Source: an uncultured bacterium (GTDB lineage: Bacteria > Krumholzibacteriota > Krumholzibacteriia > LZORAL124-64-63). From it: 64,000 nucleotides of DNA. This document shows positions 1-11,914 of the stretch, in pieces (the stretch's first letter is position 1; the number at the start of each line of letters is the position of its first letter). The notes beneath the pieces were generated by a model. That model was not told where the DNA came from. It saw only the letters and a list, made by a program, of their open reading frames with translations, and ran no database searches. The position numbers and the translations under genes were made by a program. Location of the stretch: assembly GCA_963732385.1 (NCBI GenBank), contig CAVSZB010000007.1, positions 1,120,001 to 1,184,000 on the forward strand, in the 5' to 3' direction.

Positions 1-455
1 GTGAAGACCCCCTTGGCGCGCCCCTCGTTCACCAGCGCCACAATCGTGGCCGGCGCCGTGGCGATCGAGATCGACGCCAGAAGCAACGCCAGAGGCAACG
101 GCACGCCCGGCACCAGCAGCAGGGCGCCCAGGACCAGCGCCGGGATCACGGTCGCTTCCAGCAGTACGAGCAGAAGGAGCCGCTTCCCGGCGTTGCGCAA
201 CCGGCGGACGTTCAGGTGATTGCCAACGGTCACGGCGATCAGGCCGAGCGCGAAATGGGTCACCGGCCGGAGCGCTTCGACACTGCCCACGTCCAGCAGA
301 TGGAGCACGGAGGGCCCGAGCAGGACTCCGATCAGGATCTGGCCCGTGATCCCCGGCAGTCGCGCCCGCCGGGCCAGCGCGCCGCCGACCAGACCCGCGA
401 TCAAAACCAGCGCGAGCGTCAGCAGGGGGGTTGCGTTCTCTGGCCGCAGCGTCAT
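1..455 (-). CDS. Cation:proton antiporter (CPA2/Kef-type membrane domain), partial; runs off the window edge
   Basis: Hand translation from ATG 455 (RBS GGAGAGGA): MTLRPENATPLLTLALVLIAGLVGGALARRARLPGITGQILIGVLLGPSVL...ALGLIAVTVG...ISIATAPATIVALVNEGRAKGVF, a typical Na+/H+ exchanger TM pattern; absent from the ORF track. Confidence 0.8.
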   Translation of the reverse strand, partial: MTLRPENATPLLTLALVLIAGLVGGALARRARLPGITGQILIGVLLGPSVLHLLDVGSVEALRPVTHFALGLIAVTVGNHLNVRRLRNAGKRLLLLVLLEATVIPALVLGALLLVPGVPLPLALLLASISIATAPATIVALVNEGRAKGVF

Positions 456-699
456 CAGCGATTCCTCTCCCTGCTCCGCGGGCTCGCCGCCCCGCCTCCG
501 GGCGATTCAGCGGATTATCGTTTGTATCCAAACTGATTCGGATTGAGCCCGGTGCCGGCAGCGCTTACCATTGTCCTGCGCTGAGCAGACAACTACGATG
601 AAAAGGCGCGCGGCGTCCAGAGCCTTTCGGCTCCGCGACTGCCTGCCCCGCGGACCGCCGACAGTCGACGGCCCAACCCCGGCACAGGAGGATCAGGCG

Positions 700-1743
700 A
701 TGGCGACCTTGATCGAGCACCACTGGATCCCGGCGCTCGCGGTGATTCTCGCCTCGGCCGGCCTGGGCTTCCTGACGCGGGCGGTCGTCGTGCGGCGGCT
801 CGAAGCGCTGTTCGCCCGGACGGCGACCGACCTGGACGACCTGCTCCTCGCCGCGACACGGCGACATCTCCCTTTCTGGATCATCCTGGTCGGGATCTCC
901 ATCGCGACCCGCCTCGCTCCGTTGTCCGACAAGTGGACCCGGCTGCTCGACCGGTTCTGCATGGTGGGCCTCGTCACCTCCCTCTCCTTCGCCGCGGCGA
1001 AATTCCTGGTCGCGATCGTCGAGCGACAGACGAAGCAGGCGGGAGCGACCGTCGCCACCACGACTCTGGTGCAGAACGTGCTTCGCGTTTCCATCTTCGC
1101 CCTGGCGGGGCTGCTTGTCCTCACGAACCTGGGGGTTTCCATAACCCCCCTGCTCACCGCCCTGGGGGTCGGCTCCCTGGCGGTGGCGCTCGCGCTCCAG
1201 CCGACCCTCTCGAACCTGTTCGCCGGGCTCCATATCGCTCTGTCCCGCCCGATCCGGCTCGGCGATTTCGTCGGGCTCGAGTCGGGAGCCCAGGGCTTCG
1301 TGATGGACATCGGCTGGCGCGCCACGCGCATCCGGGAGCTGCCGAACAACATCATCGTGGTGCCCAACTCGCGCGTGGCGGAGATGATCATCACGAACTA
1401 CGCCATGCCCGAGACGAACCAGTCGGCCCTCGTCCAGGTCGGGGTGTCCTACGGGTCGGATCTGGCCAAGGTGGAGCGGGTCACCTGCGAAGTGGCGCAA
1501 GAAACGCTGCGCAGCGTGAAGGGGGGGGATCCCACGTTCGATCCCTTCATCCGCTTCCACACCTTCTCCGACTCGTCGATCAACTTCAGCGTGATCCTCC
1601 GGGTGCAGGAGTACCCCGATCGCTATCTGGTGATCCACGAGTTCATCAAGAACCTGAAGGCGCGGTTCGACCGGGAGGGCATCGTGATCCCCTTCCCGCA
1701 GCGCGTGCTCCACGGCAACCCGTCGGGGGAGCGGCCGGACTGA
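700..1743 (+). CDS. mscS: Small-conductance mechanosensitive channel (MscS family)
   Basis: RBS AGGAGG before ATG 700; LGVGSLAVALALQPTLSNLFAG, PIRLGDFV, IGWRATRIR, VVPNS and IPFPQR motifs. Confidence 0.9.
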   Translation: MATLIEHHWIPALAVILASAGLGFLTRAVVVRRLEALFARTATDLDDLLLAATRRHLPFWIILVGISIATRLAPLSDKWTRLLDRFCMVGLVTSLSFAAAKFLVAIVERQTKQAGATVATTTLVQNVLRVSIFALAGLLVLTNLGVSITPLLTALGVGSLAVALALQPTLSNLFAGLHIALSRPIRLGDFVGLESGAQGFVMDIGWRATRIRELPNNIIVVPNSRVAEMIITNYAMPETNQSALVQVGVSYGSDLAKVERVTCEVAQETLRSVKGGDPTFDPFIRFHTFSDSSINFSVILRVQEYPDRYLVIHEFIKNLKARFDREGIVIPFPQRVLHGNPSGERPD

Positions 1744-1768
1744 GCCGCGGACGCGGCGTTGCCGCGCC

Positions 1769-3523
<1,755 letters not shown>

Positions 3524-3717
3524 GAACGACCTCCGCATGTTTGCGTGCTGCGTACGAGCGCCCCGCCGGGCGCCGGCGGGGCAGTCTAGTTCTTCTGCGA
3601 GCGGGCGTCCAGCGCCTGGCCCCGGGCACAGCGTAACGCGCGCGCATCCTGTCCAGGTGCATGACGGCGTCGAATGTGGGTCTTGCCGATTGCGCGCAAC
3701 TTTTCGCTTGCCCAAAC

Positions 3718-3733
3718 GTAAAGCTTGCTTTAC
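3718..3733. promoter_or_regulatory. Palindromic operator GTAAAG-N4-CTTTAC, probably bound by the adjacent XRE regulator
   Basis: Perfect 6-bp inverted repeat in an AT-rich patch 13 nt before the XRE ATG. Confidence 0.6.
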
Positions 3734-3746
3734 TTTCACTCCCGCC

Positions 3747-3959
3747 ATGAAGATCACGATCGTCAACCGGGTCCGGGAGCGACGACTGGCGCGCGGGCTG
3801 ACCCAGGAGGATCTGGGAGCGCTGGCCGGCGTCTCGCGGCAGAGCATCATCGCCATCGAGCGGGGGCGCTACGTGCCGAGTCTCCCGCTGGCGCTGCACC
3901 TGGCGGCGATCTTCGGCTGCGCGACCGACGACCTGTTCCGGCGCGAGGAGGCGACCTGA
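3747..3959 (+). CDS. XRE/Cro-C1 family HTH transcriptional regulator (70 aa)
   Basis: NRVRERR..GLTQEDLGALAGVSRQSIIAIERGRYVPSLPLALHLAAIF..DDLF. Confidence 0.9.
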   Translation: MKITIVNRVRERRLARGLTQEDLGALAGVSRQSIIAIERGRYVPSLPLALHLAAIFGCATDDLFRREEAT

Positions 3960-4031
3960 CCATGGACGTCAGAAGCTAGCCACAACACTGGCGCAACCTC
4001 GCGACTCGCAACCTGCAAGAGGAGAACCGTC

Positions 4032-4892
4032 ATGAGAATCCTGCCGCGCCTGCTGCTTCCTGCGCTTCTTTTGGCTCTGTTCGTCTGCGCAACCGCGGTC
4101 TTCGCCGCGGTGAGCGAAGGGACCGTTCCGTCCGCGGACGGCGTGCCGATCCACTACACCGTCAGCGGCGAGGGGCCGGTGGCGCTCGTGTTCATCCACG
4201 GCTGGTCGTGCGACGGCACCTACTGGGATGGCCAGGTGGCGGCGTTCGCGCCGAAGTTCCGCGTCGTGACCATCGACCTGGCCGGGCACGGCAGGTCGGG
4301 TCACGAGCGACAGGACTGGTCGATGCCGGCCTTCGGCCAGGACGTGCGGGCGGTGGTCGAGCAGCTCGCTCTTGCGCGGGTGGTGCTGATCGGGCACTCG
4401 ATGGGGGGCTATGTCGCGGTGGCGGCCGCCACCGCCATGCCGGATCGCGTCGTCGCGGTGATCGGCGTCGACACCATGCAGGATGTCGAACGCGTGATCA
4501 CCCCGGAGATGCTGGCGCCGCTGATCGCCGGGATGAAGGCGGACTTCGTCAGCGTGACCAAGCAGTTCGTCGCCCAGATGTTCCCGGCCGGCGCCGACAG
4601 CGTGCTGGCGGCCCGCACCGCCGCGCGCATGGCGGCCGCGCCGCCCGAAATCGCGATCCCGGTCTTCCAGGCGATCTTCGCCTACGACGTCAAGGCCGGT
4701 TTCGCCGGGTTCAAGGGACCGATCCGCGAGATCAACGCGGACCGCAACCCGACCAACCTCGCCGGCAACCGCAAGTACGCGCCCGATTTCGACGCCGTCA
4801 TCCTGACCGGTGTCGGCCACTTCCCGCAGCTCGAGCGGCCGGCCGAGTTCGACGCCGCCCTGGCGAAGGTCATCGCGGAGGTCGCGAAGTGA
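4032..4892 (+). CDS. Secreted alpha/beta hydrolase
   Basis: Signal peptide; VFIHGW, DLAGHGRS, GHSMGG nucleophile elbow, GHFP. Confidence 0.9.
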   Translation: MRILPRLLLPALLLALFVCATAVFAAVSEGTVPSADGVPIHYTVSGEGPVALVFIHGWSCDGTYWDGQVAAFAPKFRVVTIDLAGHGRSGHERQDWSMPAFGQDVRAVVEQLALARVVLIGHSMGGYVAVAAATAMPDRVVAVIGVDTMQDVERVITPEMLAPLIAGMKADFVSVTKQFVAQMFPAGADSVLAARTAARMAAAPPEIAIPVFQAIFAYDVKAGFAGFKGPIREINADRNPTNLAGNRKYAPDFDAVILTGVGHFPQLERPAEFDAALAKVIAEVAK

Positions 4893-5752
4893 AGATCGCC
4901 GTCATCGGCGCCGGTCTGATGGGCCGCCCCATGGTCGTCCGCCTGCTCGACGCCGGCCACGACGTCACCGCCTGGACCCGGACCGCCGCGCGCCTCGAAC
5001 CGCTCCGGGCGCGCGGCGCGCGGATCGCGTCGTCCGGGCCGGCCGCGCTGGCCGCCGCCGACTGCGCCCTCCTGATGCTGCGCGACGGCCCCGCCACCTT
5101 GCGCACGCTGTTCGATAGCGCCGCCAGGCCCGATTTCGCCGGCCGCACGGTTATCCAGATGGGCACGATCGCCCCCGGCGAAAGCCTCGACCTGCATCGC
5201 CGCGTCACCGTGGCCGGCGGCGATTACCTCGAGGCGCCGGTCCTGGGCAGCATCCCGCAGGTGGAGGCGGGTCAGCTGGCCGTGCTCGTCGGCGGCAGCG
5301 AGGAGCAGTTCGCCCGCTGGGAGCCGCTGCTGAAGGTTTTCAGTCCGCAGCCCCGTCTTGTCGGCCCCGTCGGCCAGGCCGCCCTCGCCAAACTGGCCTT
5401 CAACCAGCTGATGGCCTCGCACGTGGCCGCCTTCTCGCTCACCCTCGGCCTCATCCGCCGCAGCGGCCTCGACATCGACCAGTTCATGGAGATCCTGCGC
5501 GGCACCGTCCTCTACGCCCCCGTCGTCGATCGCAAACTCCCCCAGCTCCGCGCCCGCACCTTCACCGATCCCCACTTCACCACCAGCACTTTGCTCAAGG
5601 ACGTCAACCTGATGCTCGATGCCGCGCGCGCCGCCGGCCTCGACCCCCTCGCGCTCGAAGGCGTCCGCGCCGCCCTCGCCCGCGCCACGGAAACCGGCCA
5701 CGCCCAGGAGGACTATTCATCGGTATACGAGGTGATCGATCCGCGGACGTAG
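4889..5752 (+). CDS. NAD(P)-dependent beta-hydroxyacid dehydrogenase (3-hydroxyisobutyrate dehydrogenase family)
   Basis: GTGA overlap with the upstream stop; KIAVIGAGLMG, EAPVLGS, catalytic K in ALAKLAFNQ, LLKD. Confidence 0.88.
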   Translation: MKIAVIGAGLMGRPMVVRLLDAGHDVTAWTRTAARLEPLRARGARIASSGPAALAAADCALLMLRDGPATLRTLFDSAARPDFAGRTVIQMGTIAPGESLDLHRRVTVAGGDYLEAPVLGSIPQVEAGQLAVLVGGSEEQFARWEPLLKVFSPQPRLVGPVGQAALAKLAFNQLMASHVAAFSLTLGLIRRSGLDIDQFMEILRGTVLYAPVVDRKLPQLRARTFTDPHFTTSTLLKDVNLMLDAARAAGLDPLALEGVRAALARATETGHAQEDYSSVYEVIDPRT

Positions 5753-5790
5753 CAAGACGCCCGTTCCTGGTTTGCGGCCGCGCGCGGACA

Positions 5791-6882
5791 TCAGCGGGCG
5801 TCGCGCTCAAAGCGCTCGACCTGACCCTTGAGGTAAGGGTTCTGCGGGTCCAGCGCGAGGGCCCGCTTCTCGACATCGACAGCGCGGGCCACCTCGCCCT
5901 TGCGGAAAAGGATCTCGGCGAGCGTATCGAGGATGTCCGCGTTCTTCGGCTCGAGCGAGGTGGCGCGCTCGGCGGCCCGCATCGCGTCGTCGAGGTGCAC
6001 GCCGTGCTCGGCGCACGACCACGCCAGCCCGTTAAGCAGGCCGGCATCACCGTCGCCGCGGCGCAGAACATCCACGAGCGTCTCGTGCACACGCTCGCGT
6101 TCGAGATTCGCGACGTCGGAACGCCCGGCCGCCTCGTACTCATCCGCCATTTCCATGTGCGCGCCGGCGCCGTGGAACCCCTGGTGGATCCGCCACAGCC
6201 GTCTCAGTTCCGCGATCGGCGTGGCATGGTCTTCGACGTGGAGATTCACGAAGCGGTAACGGAACTCCGGGTGGCGGGCACTTGGCCGGACCACGATCAG
6301 CGTCGCCGACTGCTGCCCGCGCTTGTCGCCGCCCGCCGCCTGCGCGGCTTCAAGCCCGGCGATCAAGCGGCCGGCCAGCTCCTCCTTCGAGTCGCGGAAG
6401 GCCTGCGCCATGTTCGCCACCACCTCGGGGCCGGCGAGGATGTTTCCCTGGCACGCGAAACTGGTTCCCACTTCGTCCCCCGCCCAGGTATTGCACCTGG
6501 GCCCGGTCCACGAAACCGCCCGGCCCTGCGAGTCAACCAGCCCGAGCTGGCGCGAGTCCCACGACGAGTCTGCGGCGGCGAACGCGAGAAGGATCCCGGA
6601 CGGGGTCATTCCGCTGCGGAGCATGGCCAGCGCCTGGGGCCCATAGCTCGCGTTCACGTTCGCCTGGGTCGCTATCGCGCCGACGCCGGCTTCAGCCCAC
6701 GGCACCGTACTGCCGACGCTGAAGTACTTGGACTGGACCGCCACACCCAGCTCCTGCGTGACGCTGTCGAAGGCCACGATCGAGAACGTGGAAGGCTGCT
6801 CGATTGCGGCTGCCGGCCGGGCGAGCGCGACAGCAATCATAATAGCGCCTACCCACGCGCATCCGTTGCGAAGAGACCTCAT
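5791..6882 (-). CDS. Secreted DUF1028 (Ntn-hydrolase-like) protein with a C-terminal TPR
   Basis: ATG 6882 with AAGGAG; signal peptide; TFSIVA..GVAVQS..VGSTVPW..GAIATQA, QGNIL, GGDKRGQQSA; TPR LNGLAW...ILDTLAEIL. Confidence 0.85.
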   Translation of the reverse strand: MRSLRNGCAWVGAIMIAVALARPAAAIEQPSTFSIVAFDSVTQELGVAVQSKYFSVGSTVPWAEAGVGAIATQANVNASYGPQALAMLRSGMTPSGILLAFAAADSSWDSRQLGLVDSQGRAVSWTGPRCNTWAGDEVGTSFACQGNILAGPEVVANMAQAFRDSKEELAGRLIAGLEAAQAAGGDKRGQQSATLIVVRPSARHPEFRYRFVNLHVEDHATPIAELRRLWRIHQGFHGAGAHMEMADEYEAAGRSDVANLERERVHETLVDVLRRGDGDAGLLNGLAWSCAEHGVHLDDAMRAAERATSLEPKNADILDTLAEILFRKGEVARAVDVEKRALALDPQNPYLKGQVERFERDAR

Positions 6883-7394
6883 CGCCGCTCCTTGATGCCG
6901 GGGGCTCCGGCCAGGTAAGTGTGGACCTGATTGTGACATGTGGCCCCCAATGCAGTCAATCCGCCCCTGGAATCCCACCCCCGAACGCGCCGCTTCCAGA
7001 CGACTCAACTCAGTTGGCGGGCTTCGCAAACACCGATTAATCATTGACAGCCACGGACAAGTTTCATACCCACGGAATAGTTGTGGATCCTCGCTGATTT
7101 CTGCGGGCAAAGTCCGATGTGGCGATTCTGCAATACCATCCTCGCCGATTTTCTGCCGAGCCTTTCGCCACTGCTGCGCTGCGGTCTTTGCCATGAAGGT
7201 CGCGGCCTGACATTGAGGCAGGAAGGACCTGGAGATGGATGCGCTCCCGACCAGGCGGTTCGGCGTGGCGTTGGGCCTGGGTAAGCCGTGGTCGAGGACT
7301 CAGGTCGATTTGCCCCCCCCCAAGCCCCTTCCGCCGCTGCCCTTTCGAATTGCGTCGTCCCACACCAAAGAACCCCAAATAATTGGAGTGAATC

Positions 7395-8678
7395 ATGAGC
7401 AGAAGCATTTTCGGCCTCATCTCACTATTAATGATGGCCGCACTGATGATGTGTGGAGGCTGTTCCCAGGATTCTTCAACCGGGCCGGGTGTCGATTCAT
7501 CCGTCTCGAAGACGCTTTCGGAGCCGGGACCAAGAAATGTCTTTATCGCTTACTACGGCGACCGTCCCGATGACCTTCTGGCTACAGCCGGCGTAATGGT
7601 CAAACGTCAGTACAAGTATATTCCGGCGGTCTACGCGACCGTGTCGGATGAAGGTATGGCCAGGCTGAACGGAGATCCCAGGGTCCGTTTCGTGGAGGAA
7701 GAGGGCTACAAATATCCGGCCGAGGATCCGCTCGACTGGGATATCGCCGGCACCAGCACCTATACTTCCAGGAATCACGAGGGCAATAGATTCCCAGATG
7801 AGCAGGTGCTCGACTGGGGAGTGGATCGAATCGACGCCGAGTATGTTCATGCTGTTTCCGGTAATCGCGGCGCCGGCGTAAACGTGGCGGTGCTCGATTC
7901 CGGCGGCGACATCGATCATGAGGATCTTAATTGGGCCGGAGGCATCCGGGTCGAAGAAGGAGCGGATCCTCTCGATTGGAACGACAAGAACGGCCATGGC
8001 ACGCACTGTTCGGGTATCATAAGCGCCAACGATAACGAGATCGGTGTCGTGGGCGTGGCGCCCGATTGCAACCTGTACATGGTTGCCATATTCTCGGCCA
8101 ACTGGATCAACACCGCCAGTATGGTCGCGGGGCTGGAATGGTGCCTGGGCACGCACTATGACGATGATCCCTATAATGACATCCAGATCATGTCGATGAG
8201 CGTCTGCGGTCCGGAGTCGTGGGTCGAGGACATGTATTATCAGGCCTGTTACGATGACGGCATATTGTTGATCGCCGCCGCCGGAAACGACGATGGCGCC
8301 GTGAGCTGGCCTGCAGCTTATCCGTGCGTGATGGCTATTTCCGGCACGACGGCATGGGACGGCAGGTATTATGTATCGAATTTCGGACCCGAAATCGAAC
8401 TGGCCGCTCCCGGTCATCGGATCTATTCGACGTATCCGAAAGACATGTACAAAACCATGAGCGGCACGTCGATGGCCTGCCCGATGGTGGCCGGTACGGC
8501 GGCCTGTATCTGGTCCGACAACCCGACCTGGACCCACGAACAGGTCCGTGAGCATATGAAAAGCACGGCGGAATGGATGCCGAACCTGCTGCCGGAGGAA
8601 CAGGGTTCGGGTCTGGTGGATGTTGAGAACGCCGTGTTGGGCACGACCAACGGCAACAATTATGTAGCGCCCGAGTAA
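7395..8678 (+). CDS. Subtilisin-like S8 serine protease, probable lipoprotein with an I9-type prodomain
   Basis: Triad motifs VLDSG, HGTH, GTSMA; AAAGN oxyanion motif; hydrophobic N-terminus ending GGC. Confidence 0.92.
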   Translation: MSRSIFGLISLLMMAALMMCGGCSQDSSTGPGVDSSVSKTLSEPGPRNVFIAYYGDRPDDLLATAGVMVKRQYKYIPAVYATVSDEGMARLNGDPRVRFVEEEGYKYPAEDPLDWDIAGTSTYTSRNHEGNRFPDEQVLDWGVDRIDAEYVHAVSGNRGAGVNVAVLDSGGDIDHEDLNWAGGIRVEEGADPLDWNDKNGHGTHCSGIISANDNEIGVVGVAPDCNLYMVAIFSANWINTASMVAGLEWCLGTHYDDDPYNDIQIMSMSVCGPESWVEDMYYQACYDDGILLIAAAGNDDGAVSWPAAYPCVMAISGTTAWDGRYYVSNFGPEIELAAPGHRIYSTYPKDMYKTMSGTSMACPMVAGTAACIWSDNPTWTHEQVREHMKSTAEWMPNLLPEEQGSGLVDVENAVLGTTNGNNYVAPE

Positions 8679-8798
8679 GAGAGCCTTGATAACTCGATGC
8701 GTTCTTGGCGGTTCGGTGTTCCGAGGCGCCGAGCCCGAAAAGACAGGGGACCGGTTGCCCGGTCCCCGTCACTTGGAGATACAGGCCACAAGTCAGGC

Positions 8799-11564
8799 TT
8801 ACCTGACCAGAATCATTTTGTTCGTGGTGTGGACGGCTCCGGCTTCCAGGCTGTACAGGTAAGTTCCCGAGGGAACCTGGTGGCCGCTGCCGTCGGTCCC
8901 GTCCCAGACCACCGCGTACTGGCCGGCGGGTTCCGTCAGGCCGTCGCAAAGAACCTTGACCAACTTCCCGGCGACATCGAACACCCGCAGAGAGACCCGC
9001 TCGCTCCTGGGCAGGGTATACGAGATCGTGGTCATGGGATTGAAGGGGTTGGGCGCGTTGCGCAGAACGACCTGGTCGGTTTGGATCTGCTCTTTGAGCG
9101 CCTCAGGACTCGCGGAGCCCGCCAGGTTCACGCTGTAGATGCCCAGGCCGTGGGTGGCGGCCACGACCAGGCCGTCTGACGAACGGCAGGCCAAATCATT
9201 GACGATGGCGTTACCGATCAAATCGGCGGCCTCGAGTTCCCAGACCACCGGTTCGCCTGGGCTGTAGACGGTGGAGAACACGCCGATGCTGGTGCCGATG
9301 AACCAGTAGTCCGTTCCCTCAAAGGGCATGATCTTGACGCTACGGACTGACGGTCCGTCGTCCCCGGCGAGGTTGCCTTCTACCTCGACCCAGCTTTGGC
9401 CGCCGTCCTGGGAGTACCAGAGGCTGGAGACCATGTAGTTGGAGAAACAGAGCAGCACCTTCTGGCAGTCCTCGGGGTGAATCGAGATGCTGTTGACAAA
9501 GGCTCTCTCGGGGAACGGGGCATTATTGTGCAGCTCCTCGGGAATCGTCCCCTCAGGCGCTTCGAAAGCGTTCGGTACGCGATAGATCTTACCCATTGAC
9601 GTGCCGTAGAACAGAGTTCTGCTTCCGGTGAGAGGCGCCGCCAGGGCGGAGATACTCTCATTGACAGGGATATCGGTGAGTTGGACCCAGTTGATGCGGC
9701 TCGGATTGTTTGTGCCCAAGGGGATCTCGTACCAGTTGTCGTTGCGCCAGACCCCATTGCGCGTGGCCACGTATATGATCTGTTCGGCCACGGGGTCGAT
9801 GATATAGGGGTTGATGAACGAAAAATCCGAATAACTGGCGCCATGGGGCGAGATCATGGTTCGGGAGACTTTCCTTCCATCGGAATCTACCTGGCAGCGG
9901 TAGATGGCGTTTGCGATGTAGGCCATGAAGTACTCCCCGGGCGAAGCTGCGGCATCGACCACGGCGCAAAACCCTCCATCTCCGTCCAGGGGCCGGGTCC
10001 AGCTGTATTTGGCCTCCTCGTTGTTGGTCCAGAGGGTGCCATTGTCCTGAGTGCCGCCGATGACGATGGGGTTCCCGGGCAGGTTCTGATCCACCGCGAC
10101 GGAATAGAACTGGGTGGTATAGAACCCGTTGTTCAACGATTTCCAGGTGACGTTTGGGACAGTGATGTCCAACGTTTTGTGGATACCTCCGTCGCTGGCG
10201 GAGTAGACCACCTTGTTGGATCCGGGCTGGAAAATGATCCTGTGCACATCCGCATGGTGCGTGGGCTCCACCCAGCCGCCGACCACGGATACTTGATGAG
10301 CGGTGGCGAAGCCATCGGTGCTGCGCCAGACATCCACTCCGCCCAGGATCACGAAATTCGGATCGTCGGGTCCGATTGTGGTGCATTGATTGTAGCCAAA
10401 CTGCGTGTTGTAGATGTCAGAACCGTAGGTGCCATCGATGTCCAGATTGTCCGAACGGTCTTCCCAGACACCGCCCTCACCGGAGCCGTCTCCCGAGAGG
10501 TAGGTGTACTTCCGGAAGCCGGTCTCAAAAAAGTTGTAAATGGAATTACCGCAATTGCTAAGGTATAGCACGTTCTCGTTCGAGGGGGCGAGGACCGGAA
10601 CCAACCTGCCGAAGTCCACCAGATCCGCTGGAGTGATATCTGTCCAATCCACGCCGTTGGGCGAGCGGAAGATGCCAGACACTCCGCCCTTGTAGCTCAA
10701 GCAGGCGTAGACGATGCCGGTGGGGCTGACGATGACGTCAGTCATATCGGCTCTTACGACAGGATCCCCCAGTACAGCCTCCCAGGTAAGGCCCCCGTCG
10801 AGGGAACGGTAGATGAAGCCGTAGGTGGCGGCATAGACCTCGTCGTAAGTGGTCTCGGAAGTATCGATGGCGAGGTTATGGACGTAATCGAAGGGATTGT
10901 CGGCCTCTTGGGGGATGTTGGTGCTCGTGGCGGGCAAGAGCTGCCAAGTGAGGCCGCCGTCAACGGATTTGTAGACGCCGTCACCTCGCAAGATGGCTCC
11001 ACGAACATTGGTTGAGGTTTGGAATTCCCCGGTTCCGTAGTAGAAGACGTTCTCGTGCCCGGGACGCGTGTCCTGGACCACGCAGGTGATGGATTGCAAC
11101 TGACTGGGATCGGTGGTTCTGGTCCAGGTGTCCCCGTCGTCGGTGGTGCGCCACATCCCGCCGGAGACGCCACCGGCCAGCAGGGTCTGATAGGTCGGAT
11201 CGGTTATGTCGAAGGTCAGAGCCCGAACGCGGCCGCCGATGTTGTGGGGGCCGCGGATCTTCCAGCCGGTGAAGGCTTTATCGGCAGCACCCAGACCTCG
11301 CTGGCTCTTGGGTAGTTTCTTGGCGAAATCCAGTTCGCGGTGGCGCATCCCGGCGGGAATCGTGCCGGTGGTCGGGTCCCGCAAGCGTTGTTCTTCATAG
11401 GCCAGCAAGTCCGCCCTTTCTCCCTCCTTGGCCAGCAGGGCCGCCTCGGTGGTCATCGGGAGAGAGGGCTGTTCCTGGCGGGGAGTGGTCAGAAAATGGT
11501 GGGCGGTCAGAACCGCGCCCACGAGCAGGCAGGCGGCTACCACAAGCAACATTTTCTTTAACAT
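8799..11564 (-). CDS. Secreted BNR/Asp-box beta-propeller protein (VPS10/GH74-like) with a C-terminal FlgD-Ig-like domain
   Basis: GPHNIGGRVRAL, repeated S/TxDGGxTW boxes, HADVH, GGTQDNGT, GDGG, ATHGLGI; C-terminal NAPNPFNPMTTISY...WDG...SGTYLY. Confidence 0.85.
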   Translation of the reverse strand: MLKKMLLVVAACLLVGAVLTAHHFLTTPRQEQPSLPMTTEAALLAKEGERADLLAYEEQRLRDPTTGTIPAGMRHRELDFAKKLPKSQRGLGAADKAFTGWKIRGPHNIGGRVRALTFDITDPTYQTLLAGGVSGGMWRTTDDGDTWTRTTDPSQLQSITCVVQDTRPGHENVFYYGTGEFQTSTNVRGAILRGDGVYKSVDGGLTWQLLPATSTNIPQEADNPFDYVHNLAIDTSETTYDEVYAATYGFIYRSLDGGLTWEAVLGDPVVRADMTDVIVSPTGIVYACLSYKGGVSGIFRSPNGVDWTDITPADLVDFGRLVPVLAPSNENVLYLSNCGNSIYNFFETGFRKYTYLSGDGSGEGGVWEDRSDNLDIDGTYGSDIYNTQFGYNQCTTIGPDDPNFVILGGVDVWRSTDGFATAHQVSVVGGWVEPTHHADVHRIIFQPGSNKVVYSASDGGIHKTLDITVPNVTWKSLNNGFYTTQFYSVAVDQNLPGNPIVIGGTQDNGTLWTNNEEAKYSWTRPLDGDGGFCAVVDAAASPGEYFMAYIANAIYRCQVDSDGRKVSRTMISPHGASYSDFSFINPYIIDPVAEQIIYVATRNGVWRNDNWYEIPLGTNNPSRINWVQLTDIPVNESISALAAPLTGSRTLFYGTSMGKIYRVPNAFEAPEGTIPEELHNNAPFPERAFVNSISIHPEDCQKVLLCFSNYMVSSLWYSQDGGQSWVEVEGNLAGDDGPSVRSVKIMPFEGTDYWFIGTSIGVFSTVYSPGEPVVWELEAADLIGNAIVNDLACRSSDGLVVAATHGLGIYSVNLAGSASPEALKEQIQTDQVVLRNAPNPFNPMTTISYTLPRSERVSLRVFDVAGKLVKVLCDGLTEPAGQYAVVWDGTDGSGHQVPSGTYLYSLEAGAVHTTNKMILVR

Positions 11565-11654
11565 GAGGGGTCCTCCTTATGGGAGGTGCAGCGGATTCAG
11601 ACCAACCGGAACGCGGGCGAACAGCCGGCGGGATGATATGTGAGAACGAAACTG

Positions 11655-11684
11655 AGAATACATAATCTGCTACCCGCGTGTCAA
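11655..11684 (-). promoter_or_regulatory. Putative sigma70 promoter TTGACA-N18-TATTCT for the 8799-11564 gene
   Basis: Read directly on the minus strand about 90 nt upstream of the ATG. Confidence 0.45.
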
Positions 11685-11805
11685 GTAATGGCCAAGAATA
11701 TTGGCGAGGAGCGCGGCATCCCGCAGTCTTACACAGATGTCAGCAGGCAGAGTCCCGTGCAGCTGTTCGAGAAGTCGAGCACGATAAGGCCCGCGTCGCG
11801 AAGGA

Positions 11806-11895
11806 CGGCATGAGCTCCGGACGCTGTTTGACCAATGCGCCCAGCGTGCTCTTGGAATCGCCCGAGATGTCCCTTGCGACACATTCAAGTACCGC
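11806..11895 (-). pseudogene. Possible 30-codon remnant of an AbiJ-like/HEPN gene
   Basis: AVLECVARDISGDSKSTLGALVKQRPELMP resembles the recalled segment AALECVARDVTGDPKATLG of AbiJ-type proteins; no credible full-length ORF. Confidence 0.35.
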
Positions 11896-11914
11896 CGTAT
11901 CCAGTTCGCCGGCC

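Noticed and set aside
6900..7394. Long divergent intergenic region as a possible riboswitch or ncRNA
   Set aside because: No recognisable family motif or clearly extended pairing by eye; not excluded.
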